DNA of 53,509 bases from an uncultured Gemmatimonadaceae bacterium (GTDB lineage: Bacteria > Gemmatimonadota > Gemmatimonadetes > Longimicrobiales > RSA9): assembly GCA_964391035.1 (NCBI GenBank), contig CAYMLW010000002.1:1-53509 (forward strand). Direction: 5' to 3'. How positions within the stretch are numbered: position 1 is the first letter of the stretch; each line of letters opens with the position of its first letter. Shown one piece after another: positions 25,865-33,793 of the stretch. The notes beneath the pieces are model-generated. The model saw nothing but the letters and a program-made list of their open reading frames with translations. It had not been told where the DNA came from and made no database searches. Both the position numbers and the translations under genes were made by a program.

Positions 25865-26130
25865 GAGGCCAGCCCCGGGATGCCGAGGAAGAGCTCGCGG
25901 GTGTAGCGCACGGCCGTGCTCAGCATCCAAGAGAAGAGGACCATGAAGGTGACCCCGACGGCCACGAGCTTGGGCACGAAGGTCAGCGTCTGCTCCTGGA
26001 TCTGGGTGACCGCCTGGATGATGGCGATCAGCAGCCCGACGCCCAGGGACACACCCAGCAGGGGCCCGGCGAGGAGCAGGGTCTGGAAGAGGGCGTCCCG
26101 CATGAGGTCGAGGACCAGCGTCACGGACAC
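25861..26130 (-). CDS. fliQ: flagellar export apparatus protein FliQ
   Basis: 89 aa. 'LLLAGPLLGVSLGVGLLIAIIQAVTQIQEQTLTFVPKL' is the FliQ signature. Confidence 0.95.
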   Translation of the reverse strand: MSVTLVLDLMRDALFQTLLLAGPLLGVSLGVGLLIAIIQAVTQIQEQTLTFVPKLVAVGVTFMVLFSWMLSTAVRYTRELFLGIPGLAS

Positions 26131-26139
26131 GTGCCCCCC

Positions 26140-27297
26140 TCAGCCGAAGCTCGCCACGACGCTGTGGACCACGAGGGCCCAGCCGTCGACCAGAACGAAG
26201 AGGAGCAGCTTGAACGGCAGCGAGACCATCACCGGGGGCAGCATGAACATCCCCAGGCTCATGAGGACGGCCGCCACCACCAGGTCGATGATCAGGAACG
26301 GCAGGAACAGCACGAACCCGATCTGGAACGCCGTGCGCAGCTCGCTGATGGCGAACGCGGAGACGAGGGTGATGAGCGGGACATCGTGGATGGTCTCCGG
26401 CGCCGGGCCGCCCCCCATGTCGATGAACGTGGCCAGGTCCGATTCCCGGACGTGGCTGGCCATGAACTCCCGGAACGGTCCCGCCGCGGTGCTCAGCATG
26501 GCGGCCTCGTCCATCTGCCCGTCCATCCACGGCTCCAGGGCGACCTCGTTGACCCGGCTCAGCGTCGGGGCCATGACGAAGGCCGTGAGCAGGAGGGCCA
26601 GCGCCGCGATGAGCTGGGCTGGAGGCGCCGTCTGGGTGCCCAGGGCCTGTCGCAGGAAATGGAGCACCACGAGCACGCGCGTGAAGCTCGTCATGAGCAG
26701 AAGCAGCGTGGGCAGCATGGTCAGGAGCCCGATGACCAGGACCGTCCCGACCGTGCCGGAGAGGCGGAGGCCGCCAGCATCCTCGTCGCCGACCTGGAGC
26801 TGGAGGTCGGGGAGCGCGTCACCGAACGCCGCGAGCGGGTCCTCCGTTTGCTGCTGCTGGACCGCGCCCACGGCAGCGCCCGGCGATGCGCCTGCCTGCG
26901 CCTGGGCCCCCGCCGCTGCCGGCGTCACCGCCTGGGCTCCGACGGCCAGCGATAGCGCCAGGACGGCGGCGCCCGCCGAGCGCAGGATCCTCTGCCACGA
27001 ACGGGGCCGTGGGCCGCGCGACGTGCGGTCGACGGCGACGGGCGGCGCCACGTCGTCGTCCAGCTCGCACACGGGATGCACGCCGCCCTCGCCCACCGAG
27101 ACCACCACGAGCCGGTCCGCGATCCGCACCGTGACCAGCCCTTGACGAGGACCGATCCCGAGGCGGCCGACGACCTCCATCGGCAGCTCGTTGGCGCCCA
27201 CGCCGTGGGTCCGCCCCTTCAGGAGCCGGACTCCCACGGCGATCACGCCGAGCACCAGACAGAGGGCGCCCATGACGGACGCGGCCAGGGAGATCAT
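26140..27297 (-). CDS. fliP: FliO-like domain fused in frame to FliP
   Basis: aa 1-85 have one TM plus 'MEVVGRLGIGPRQGLVTVRIADRLVVVSVGEGGV' (FliO-like). aa 101-122 'WQRILRSAGAAVLALSLAVGAQA' form a signal peptide. aa 180-385 carry FliP blocks ('MTSFTRVLVVLHFLRQALG', 'ISELRTAFQIGFVLFLPFLIIDLVV'). There is no stop codon between the two parts. Confidence 0.85.
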   Translation of the reverse strand: MISLAASVMGALCLVLGVIAVGVRLLKGRTHGVGANELPMEVVGRLGIGPRQGLVTVRIADRLVVVSVGEGGVHPVCELDDDVAPPVAVDRTSRGPRPRSWQRILRSAGAAVLALSLAVGAQAVTPAAAGAQAQAGASPGAAVGAVQQQQTEDPLAAFGDALPDLQLQVGDEDAGGLRLSGTVGTVLVIGLLTMLPTLLLLMTSFTRVLVVLHFLRQALGTQTAPPAQLIAALALLLTAFVMAPTLSRVNEVALEPWMDGQMDEAAMLSTAAGPFREFMASHVRESDLATFIDMGGGPAPETIHDVPLITLVSAFAISELRTAFQIGFVLFLPFLIIDLVVAAVLMSLGMFMLPPVMVSLPFKLLLFVLVDGWALVVHSVVASFG

Positions 27298-27656
27298 GCG
27301 GCGTCCGCGCGCGGCTCCTGGGCCAGGATGCGGGTGATCCGGATCCCGAACTGCTCTCCGATCACCACGACCTCGCCCTCCGCGAAGCGGCGGTCGCCCA
27401 CGTACACATCCATGGGCTCCCCGGCCAGGCGGTCCAGGTGGATGACCGACCCGCGCCCGAGCGTAAGGAGCTCCTGGACCGTCATCTTGGCCCGGCCGAG
27501 CTCGATCGCGATCGGCATGGTCAGATCGTACAGGCTCGAAAGCGGCGCTTCGGTGCCCGGCCCGGCCTGGTCCTCCAGCTCGGCGAACTCCGCCGCGGTT
27601 GCCGTCTCCTCGACGGCGGTGCCCGACTCGGTGGTCGGCTCGTTTGCATCACTCAT
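27294..27656 (-). CDS. fliN: C-ring protein FliN
   Basis: SpoA domain 'IAIELGRAKMTVQELLTLGRGSVIHLDRLAGEPMDVYVGDRRFAEGEVVV'. Confidence 0.9.
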   Translation of the reverse strand: MSDANEPTTESGTAVEETATAAEFAELEDQAGPGTEAPLSSLYDLTMPIAIELGRAKMTVQELLTLGRGSVIHLDRLAGEPMDVYVGDRRFAEGEVVVIGEQFGIRITRILAQEPRADAA

Positions 27657-28633
27657 GGTCGTTCCTCGTCAGTCTCCACTTCGTCCAGAATCTGGACGGC
27701 GAGCACATCGCTCATCATTCCCACGAACCCCGTGTACCGGGTCCGTCCACCGACCTCGACACGGGCCGGCGAGCTTCGTGGGATGCCGGTGACCAGCGTC
27801 CCTCCGGGGCGCAGCTCGGTGATCTCTCGGAAGGTCAGGTCGAAAAACGGCAACCGGACCGAGATCGGCACGTGCGCGCGCCGGACGTTGGTCGCGATGG
27901 CGTTGCGGTCCGCCGGGTCGCTCGCCCCCCGCTTGGTCCGGCCGCCCCCCGCGGTCGCGGCCGCGAAGAAGTCATCCAGGACGGCGAACGGGAGGCAGAT
28001 CAGGATCGAGCTCGTCAGGCCCTGGAACCGGGTCTCGAGGTTCGCGACGAGCATCGAGTCTTCCCGGTTGGCCGCCTGGAGCATGTCCGGGACGGCCTCG
28101 AAGCGGGCCAGCTCCAGATCCATGTCGGCGTGGTCCGCCCACATGTCCCGGATCTGGCCGGCCAGTCGCTCGGCGATGATCCGGACCACCCGGCGCTCGA
28201 GCACGGTCAGGGCCCGGCTCGGCACCTCCGACGCGCTGGCCGCGCCCAGGAACCGCTCCACCGCGTAGAACGCGAAGTCCCGTCCCAGATCGACCACTGC
28301 CTGTGGCCCGCCCGGCTCGCCCACGTTGAAGACGAACGACGTGCAGGGCTCCGGCAGCGAGAGCACGAACTCACCGAACGTCAGCTGCTCCACCCCCTTA
28401 AGGTGCACGTCGACCTGCGACCGCACCCGCCCCACGAGCCAGCCCTCCAGTGACTTCGCCAACGTGCCGTACATGCCCTCCAGCGTCCGCTGCCGGTCCT
28501 TCGAGACCCGGGCCGGACGCCGGAAGTCGTATAGACGCGCTTCCGGCTCGACCCGGTCCGCGACCGGTGCCGGCTCGGCGTCGCCCGTGAACAGGGCATC
28601 GATTTCTTCCTGAGAGAGCGCCTGGTTGCTCAT
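27653..28633 (-). CDS. fliM: C-ring switch protein FliM
   Basis: The N-terminal CheY-P binding peptide 'LSQEEIDALF'. The middle and SpoA-like C-terminal domains are collinear with FliM. Confidence 0.9.
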   Translation of the reverse strand: MSNQALSQEEIDALFTGDAEPAPVADRVEPEARLYDFRRPARVSKDRQRTLEGMYGTLAKSLEGWLVGRVRSQVDVHLKGVEQLTFGEFVLSLPEPCTSFVFNVGEPGGPQAVVDLGRDFAFYAVERFLGAASASEVPSRALTVLERRVVRIIAERLAGQIRDMWADHADMDLELARFEAVPDMLQAANREDSMLVANLETRFQGLTSSILICLPFAVLDDFFAAATAGGGRTKRGASDPADRNAIATNVRRAHVPISVRLPFFDLTFREITELRPGGTLVTGIPRSSPARVEVGGRTRYTGFVGMMSDVLAVQILDEVETDEERP

Positions 28634-28636
28634 GGG

Positions 28637-29155
28637 CTACTGGATCACGAAGGTCGGCAGATAGACCGTCACGATTCGCTGGGAGGGCAGGAGCTCGGAG
28701 AGCGCGGCCTGGATCTCCGACTTCAGCGCGTCACGGTGTCCCACGTCCGTCAGCTCATCCACCGTCTTGCCACCCAGAAGCAGCATCAGGTGGTCCCGGA
28801 TCTCCACGTCCCGCTCCTCGAGCGCTGCGGCGCTTCCTTCTCCCTTGACCGCCGCCACGATCGTGGCCATGAGGAAACGCGTCCCCTGGGTCTCGGCCGG
28901 GTTGAGGACCAGGTTCTCGACGGTAAAGGTCGTCACGGGCGACCCATCTTCTCCCCCCTCGTCCCCCTCGGCCACCGCCCCGGTGTGTGCCGGGGCCTGG
29001 AGTCGCTCCGCCGCGACCGGCCCCACCAGCCACAGGCCGATGGCCAGCCCCACGGCCAGCGCTGCCACCGTCCCGAGGATCGGGAGGATGCCGCGCGTGC
29101 GCCCGGACGCTTCGTCAGACTCGCCTTCGGCCTGCTGGACCTCTTCGTCCGCCAT
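28637..29155 (-). CDS. fliL: flagellar basal-body-associated protein FliL
   Basis: Single N-terminal TM. 'FTVENLVLNPAETQGTRFLMATIV' and the C-terminal 'VYLPTFVIQ' are typical FliL. Confidence 0.8.
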   Translation of the reverse strand: MADEEVQQAEGESDEASGRTRGILPILGTVAALAVGLAIGLWLVGPVAAERLQAPAHTGAVAEGDEGGEDGSPVTTFTVENLVLNPAETQGTRFLMATIVAAVKGEGSAAALEERDVEIRDHLMLLLGGKTVDELTDVGHRDALKSEIQAALSELLPSQRIVTVYLPTFVIQ

Positions 29156-29209
29156 TCTCTATTCGCCTGGTTGGTGCGACGCCGGGTGCCTGCCTCCGAC
29201 CGCTCCCAG

Positions 29210-29225
29210 GGCAGGGCGCGTGCCA
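29210..29225 (-). promoter_or_regulatory. sigma-54 (-24/-12) promoter candidate for the fliL operon
   Basis: Minus strand reads TGGCACG-CGCC-CTGCC, with a perfect -24 and exact GG-N10-GC spacing. The -12 element ends about 55 nt upstream of the fliL ATG. Confidence 0.5.
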
Positions 29226-29403
29226 CCTGGCCCGGATCGGTATAGGTGCCGTAAAACGCTGGTGTGCAACACGTTATGGATGTCGACCCGAAAGGGGGCT
29301 CCGACCTCCGATGCCCGGGGCGGGCGGGTACCGGAAGCATCTTCCCATTCCCGGCGGCTAGAGTTGCCGGGCCAGCGGAAGCGGAAGGAATTGCCGGGAA
29401 GAC

Positions 29404-29440
29404 GAAGGGGCCGGGCGTCGCGAGGACGCCCGGCCCCTTC
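29404..29440 (-). terminator. strong hairpin after flgE (terminator/attenuator)
   Basis: Perfect 16-bp inverted repeat GAAGGGGCCGGGCGTC-GCGAG-GACGCCCGGCCCCTTC, 26 nt after the flgE stop. On the minus strand it is followed by a U/C-rich tract but not a clean U-tract. Confidence 0.5.
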
Positions 29441-29465
29441 CCTGCTCGGAAGAGACGGGTCAGGC

Positions 29466-30875
29466 CTACCGCTTCAGGTTGACCAGCTCCTGGAGCATCT
29501 CGTCCGAGGAGGTGATGACGCGAGCGTTGGACTGGAATCCGCGCTGCGCGGTGATCATGCTGGTGAACTCCTGGGCGAGGTCCACATTGGACATCTCGAG
29601 TGCGCCGGAGGTGATCACCGACTGGGAGCCCTCGCCGGCGAAGCCGAGCACCGCCGCGCCGGAGTTGGCCGACGTGGTGTACATGTTGTCACCGGTGCGG
29701 ATGAGGCCGGTCGGGTTGTTGAAGTCGGCCAGGACCAGCTGCCCGAGGGTGAGGCTCACACCATTGGTGAACGAACCCGTGATGGTGCCGGTCAGGTCGA
29801 TCCCGATGCGCTCCAGCTGGCCCATGGTGTAGCCGTCCTGCTCCCGGGCCACGGCGGTGGAAGCGCCGGCGAACTGCGACAGGCCGTCGATGGCCATGGC
29901 CTCGCCGAAGTCGATCGCGATCTCCTGGCCGTTCATGGTCACGGTCTGGGTCACCGACTGACCGGTGATGGCGTCGGAGTCGAGTCCGTCGACGTAGGTC
30001 TGGAGTGCGCTGTGGTCGGTGGTGTTCAGCTGGCCGACCAGGCGACCCTCGCCGTCGAAGACGATCCGGCCGGTCTCGAGGCTGTCGGCGATGCCGTCGC
30101 CGTCGGTGTCCACCTCGACCTCGTACTCCCAGACGTTCCCCTGCTCGGTGACGCCATCGCCGTCGAGATCGAGGTCCACGTATCGCTCGTCGGTGCCCGC
30201 CGTGGCGGCGTCATCGGCGGCCCGCTCGAAGCGAACGGTCAGCTCGTACTCGACGCCCATCTCGTCATAGACGATCATGGTGGTCTCACGGGTGGACGGG
30301 TCCGTGGCGGTCGGATCGAAGACACCGGCGGCCTCGGCGTCCAGGTTTCCGCCCACGGAGACCATGCTCGTGGCCCGGGCGGAGGACTTCTGACCGAACG
30401 GCAGGACAATATCTCCGATGGTATCGGTGAGCTCGCCGTCCTGGGCGACCCGGCCCTGGATGACGTAGCCGTTGGTGGACGAGACCAGACGGCCATCGGC
30501 GTCCAGCTGGAGGTTGCCGGAGCGTGTGAAGTAGTTCCGGCGGCCGTCGGACGCGACGAAGAAGGCGTCGCCCTGGATCGCCAGGTCCGTGGTGACGCCC
30601 GTGTTCTCCAGGTTGCCCTGTGTAAAGAGCAGGTCGATGCTGCCGATATTCATCCCCAGGCCGACCTGAATGGGGTTCGTGCCGCCGCTCACGTTGGAGG
30701 CGGCGCCGGCGGGGCGGCTGGCGCCCTGGACCATCTGGGCGAAGGCCTCCTCGAAGGTGACGCGCGACGACTTGAACGCCACGGTGTTCACGTTGGCGAT
30801 GTTGTTGCCGATCACGTCCATCCGGACCTGGTGGTTCCGCAGACCGGAGACGCCGGCAAAAAGGGATCTCATCAT
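29466..30875 (-). CDS. flgE: flagellar hook protein FlgE
   Basis: 'MMRSLFAGVSGLRNHQVRMDVIGNNIANVNTVAFKSSR' and the C-terminal 'ALEMSNVDLAQEFTSMITAQRGFQSNARVI'. TAGGAGGAG lies upstream. Confidence 0.95.
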   Translation of the reverse strand: MMRSLFAGVSGLRNHQVRMDVIGNNIANVNTVAFKSSRVTFEEAFAQMVQGASRPAGAASNVSGGTNPIQVGLGMNIGSIDLLFTQGNLENTGVTTDLAIQGDAFFVASDGRRNYFTRSGNLQLDADGRLVSSTNGYVIQGRVAQDGELTDTIGDIVLPFGQKSSARATSMVSVGGNLDAEAAGVFDPTATDPSTRETTMIVYDEMGVEYELTVRFERAADDAATAGTDERYVDLDLDGDGVTEQGNVWEYEVEVDTDGDGIADSLETGRIVFDGEGRLVGQLNTTDHSALQTYVDGLDSDAITGQSVTQTVTMNGQEIAIDFGEAMAIDGLSQFAGASTAVAREQDGYTMGQLERIGIDLTGTITGSFTNGVSLTLGQLVLADFNNPTGLIRTGDNMYTTSANSGAAVLGFAGEGSQSVITSGALEMSNVDLAQEFTSMITAQRGFQSNARVITSSDEMLQELVNLKR

Positions 30876-30890
30876 GGTGCTTCTCTCCTC

Positions 30891-31544
30891 CTAGTTGGCG
30901 CTGACTTCCACGACAGCGCTAAGTGGTATCTCGATCGCTCCGATCATCAGAACCGGGCCCTCCATTGAGTACTTCACGCTGCTGACCGTGCCGCTCAGGT
31001 AGGTGGTCACGCCCACGGGCTCGCCGGCCGGGCTGGTGACCTCTACCTCGCAGCGGTACGTGCCGTCCTCCAGGTCGAGCGCGTCCAGCTCCAGCGTCTG
31101 GCGGCCGCCCTCGACGAAGCCGGCGTCGACCTCGGCCACGAGCTGGTTCCGGTCGTCATAGATCCGGACCGTGGCCGAGCCGCCGACCGCGCCGACCTCC
31201 ACCGGGATCCGGGCCGAGCCGGCGGCGACCTGGGTCCGATCGCCCACGGCCAACACCTGGCGACCGAGAACGCTGACGGCCGCGTCGCTGTTCATCGCCT
31301 GGGCGAGGGCGGCCGTGTACTGGGCCTGACCGATGAGGTTCTCGTTGACGTTGATCAGCTGCTCGACGCTCGAGAACTGGGCCAGCTGGGCCGCGAACTC
31401 CTGGCTCTCCATGGGGTTCATGGGGTCCTGGTTGCGCAGCTGTGCGACCAGGAGCTGGAGGAACTCCTCCTTCCCCAGGGCCCCTCCGGGCGGTGTCAAC
31501 ACCGACGAAGGAGGTGCACCCATCCCGCTGATTCCGTCCATCAT
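30891..31544 (-). CDS. flgD: hook capping protein FlgD
   Basis: 'LGKEEFLQLLVAQLRNQDPMNPMESQEFAAQLAQFSSVEQL' is the FlgD N-terminal signature. The ATG overlaps the fliK stop (ATGA). Confidence 0.9.
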   Translation of the reverse strand: MMDGISGMGAPPSSVLTPPGGALGKEEFLQLLVAQLRNQDPMNPMESQEFAAQLAQFSSVEQLINVNENLIGQAQYTAALAQAMNSDAAVSVLGRQVLAVGDRTQVAAGSARIPVEVGAVGGSATVRIYDDRNQLVAEVDAGFVEGGRQTLELDALDLEDGTYRCEVEVTSPAGEPVGVTTYLSGTVSSVKYSMEGPVLMIGAIEIPLSAVVEVSAN

Positions 31545-33793
31545 TCGTTCCCCTCCTGGTTGCGTTCCCTGCGCCGGTCCCGCCCCTCGTGGGCGTGGCG
31601 CTGGGTCCCGGTCTCGTCGTTCCGACCCGAGGAGCCGGGCTCCGTGGTCCGAACGGACTCGGCCACCTTCGGCGTGGCGATGTCCGCCACGATCCGCTCT
31701 CCCTGCCGTACCCGAAGTCCTTCCAGCTCCACGCCCTGGCGTCCGAGCGCCCGGGTCAGCTCCGGCAGCTCATGACCCATCTGGTGCGCCAGCCGGGAAG
31801 ACCGGGTATCCATCTCCGCACGGACGGCGTCGCCCTGGAGATCCACGCGGACCCGGGCTGCGTCCTGACCCTCCCCGACGCGGAGCGAGACACGCCGGAG
31901 CGGCTGTGCCTCGGAACGGGCGCGAACGCTGTCCACGGCCTCGACCCGGCTCGCCACGTCCGGACGCTCCATTGCGACGACGCCCTCCACCGGCCTGGCG
32001 GCCCGAAGCTGCCCGGACTCCACCGGGATTCGCGGCTCGGTGGGCCGGCCGGCCGTCGGCTCCATCGTCCGCGTCGTCAGGGGCTCGGGCCTCGTGGCCT
32101 CCCGGTCCGATGGGGCCGTGGACTCGGGGTCCGTGCTACGGGCGGCCTCGGCGGCGGCCCGTGGACCGGCCGCTCCGGGTGCGCGTCGGGTCACTTTGTA
32201 CTCGGCCGCAGCCCTGGCCGCTGCCCGTTGCCCCAGGCCGCGGGACTCCGTCCGAGTCGGGCCTCCGGCGGGACGGGCCCGGGCCTCGCCGCTACGGTCC
32301 GGCGCGCCGGGCGTGGTCTCCCCGGTACCGGGCCCCGTTCGCGTGGGGCGCGGCTGCCTGTCGCCGTCGACCGGGGCGGGAGCTCCGGGGATCTCCGACC
32401 GACCCCGTCGGAGCGCGGAGTCGCGACTGGCCGACGGATCGCGGCTCGGGGCCGCGTCCCGGTATGTGCCCGCGTCCCCGGTCCGGCTGCGAGCCCGGAC
32501 GTGGTCGACGATCTCCGCGGCCAACGAGGCCCGCTCCGCCGACCGGGGCTGTCGGGACTCGTGGGAGCCGTCCTCGGCCCGCTCGACCGCGGGCCGGGCG
32601 TCTGGCTGCAGCTGCGGCCCGGGCCGCAGGGGGCCCGATTGGGGTTGCGGCGCGGCAATCGGGGCCTTCGGGGTGCCGGATCCGGCCCGGGTTGGATCCG
32701 TCCCCACCCACCCGGCCGCCGGCGTCTCCGGGTCGGTACTCGAGCGCGCCCGCGCGGGAGCGGGTTCGAGCGAGGAAGGCGCTGGCGCGTCGTCCGGGCG
32801 ACGGGCCGTGTGCTCCATCACCGCGCGATACCGCAGGTCACCGCTCGTCGGCCCTGCCTCGACGGCCTCGCCTCCCAGGGCGACCTGGCCGTCCTGGTCG
32901 AGCGGCCGTGCCGCCTGGCCGCCCGGGTCCTGGCCAATGGCGGCAGCCCTCGGGTGGGCACGGCCGGCCACGGGCTCTTCCGCCGCTGCGACGATCGGCG
33001 GTCCGCCAGAGCCCTGGGCTGCTTCGGGACGCGGGGTCGAACGGGCTTCATGGGGGACGTCGGGCGCGCCCGCCACCGTGGACTTCGGGGCCGCCGATGT
33101 CGTCCCGGGGACGGCGATGCGCGCGACCCGGGCGACCGGCGCCAGACGCGCGACACCCGCCACCGTGGCGACTGTGGCGACTGTGGCGACTCTGGCGACC
33201 CGGGCCACCCCGGGCGCCGGGTCCTCCACCCGCGCCGGCAGGCTGCCGTCATGACCGGCGGCGTGCATGCGCGTGTCCCCGTGCCCCGTTGTGGCGGCCC
33301 CCTCGAGGCCCGGGAGCTCGACGTGGCCGGGATCCCGGAGCCCGAGGGTGACCAACCCTTCCTCGCGAGCGACCCGCTGGAGCGTGCGATACGCCTCGAG
33401 GTCGCCGTACCCGCCGTTCACCATGAGGTCGGCGGCGCGGCCGACCTCGTGGGCCGAATCCCGGGTCCAGGTCACGACGGGGCCGGGTCGCGTGCGGCCC
33501 TGTGTGAACAGGTGGTCCTGGCGGGCCGCGCTGCGCCAGCCCTCCACGACCTGGACATCGTGGCCGAATTCACCCCGCATGCGGCCGATCACCCGCTCGA
33601 GGCGCGCTCTGAGCTCCGGCGCCAGCCGGGCCATCTCCGGGTCCCGGACCGGTCTGTCCAGGGGCGGCCCCGGGGCTCGCCGCTCCGCTGACGACATCAC
33701 GCTCAGGAGCGCCGCGTCGAACCCGGCCGCGGCTTCCCTGCCCGTGGGCCGGATGTCCGGTCCGCCGAACAGGCTCAGGATCGCCTGGATCAC
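31541..33793 (-). CDS. fliK: FliK-like hook-length control protein with N-terminal M15/LAS peptidase-like domain
   Basis: Sits in the fliK position. The C-terminal region 'LRVGEGQDAARVRVDLQGDAVRAEMDTRSSRLAHQM...LTRALGRQGVEL' is Flg_hook-like. aa 60-160 'EGWRSAARQDHLFTQGRTRPGPVVTWTRDSAHEVGRAADL...DPGHVE' is a VanY/M15 zinc-peptidase signature. A long P/A/R/E-rich linker joins them. Confidence 0.75.
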   Translation of the reverse strand: MIQAILSLFGGPDIRPTGREAAAGFDAALLSVMSSAERRAPGPPLDRPVRDPEMARLAPELRARLERVIGRMRGEFGHDVQVVEGWRSAARQDHLFTQGRTRPGPVVTWTRDSAHEVGRAADLMVNGGYGDLEAYRTLQRVAREEGLVTLGLRDPGHVELPGLEGAATTGHGDTRMHAAGHDGSLPARVEDPAPGVARVARVATVATVATVAGVARLAPVARVARIAVPGTTSAAPKSTVAGAPDVPHEARSTPRPEAAQGSGGPPIVAAAEEPVAGRAHPRAAAIGQDPGGQAARPLDQDGQVALGGEAVEAGPTSGDLRYRAVMEHTARRPDDAPAPSSLEPAPARARSSTDPETPAAGWVGTDPTRAGSGTPKAPIAAPQPQSGPLRPGPQLQPDARPAVERAEDGSHESRQPRSAERASLAAEIVDHVRARSRTGDAGTYRDAAPSRDPSASRDSALRRGRSEIPGAPAPVDGDRQPRPTRTGPGTGETTPGAPDRSGEARARPAGGPTRTESRGLGQRAAARAAAEYKVTRRAPGAAGPRAAAEAARSTDPESTAPSDREATRPEPLTTRTMEPTAGRPTEPRIPVESGQLRAARPVEGVVAMERPDVASRVEAVDSVRARSEAQPLRRVSLRVGEGQDAARVRVDLQGDAVRAEMDTRSSRLAHQMGHELPELTRALGRQGVELEGLRVRQGERIVADIATPKVAESVRTTEPGSSGRNDETGTQRHAHEGRDRRRERNQEGNE
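33116..33208 (-). repeat. in-frame 9-bp tandem repeat array inside fliK
   Basis: Plus strand has GTGGCGACT x3 perfect (33165..33191) flanked by degenerate 9-mers. It encodes VARVARVATVATVATVAGVARLAPVARVARI. Confidence 0.7.

Noticed and set aside
26932-27060. A possible independent internal start for fliP, which would make fliO and fliP two genes.
   Set aside because: There is no stop codon upstream in frame, no ATG, and no Shine-Dalgarno before the only GTG or CTG candidates. The single-ORF reading is therefore kept, and flagged as a finding to verify.
28933-29340. The 135-aa minus-strand ORF in the flgE-fliL gap, considered as a possible flbD/swrD-like small gene.
   Set aside because: It runs out of frame into fliL. 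It is Arg/Pro/Thr-rich and shows no resemblance to FlbD (short, Lys/Glu/Ile-rich). The gap is better explained by the hairpin, the repeated boxes and a promoter.
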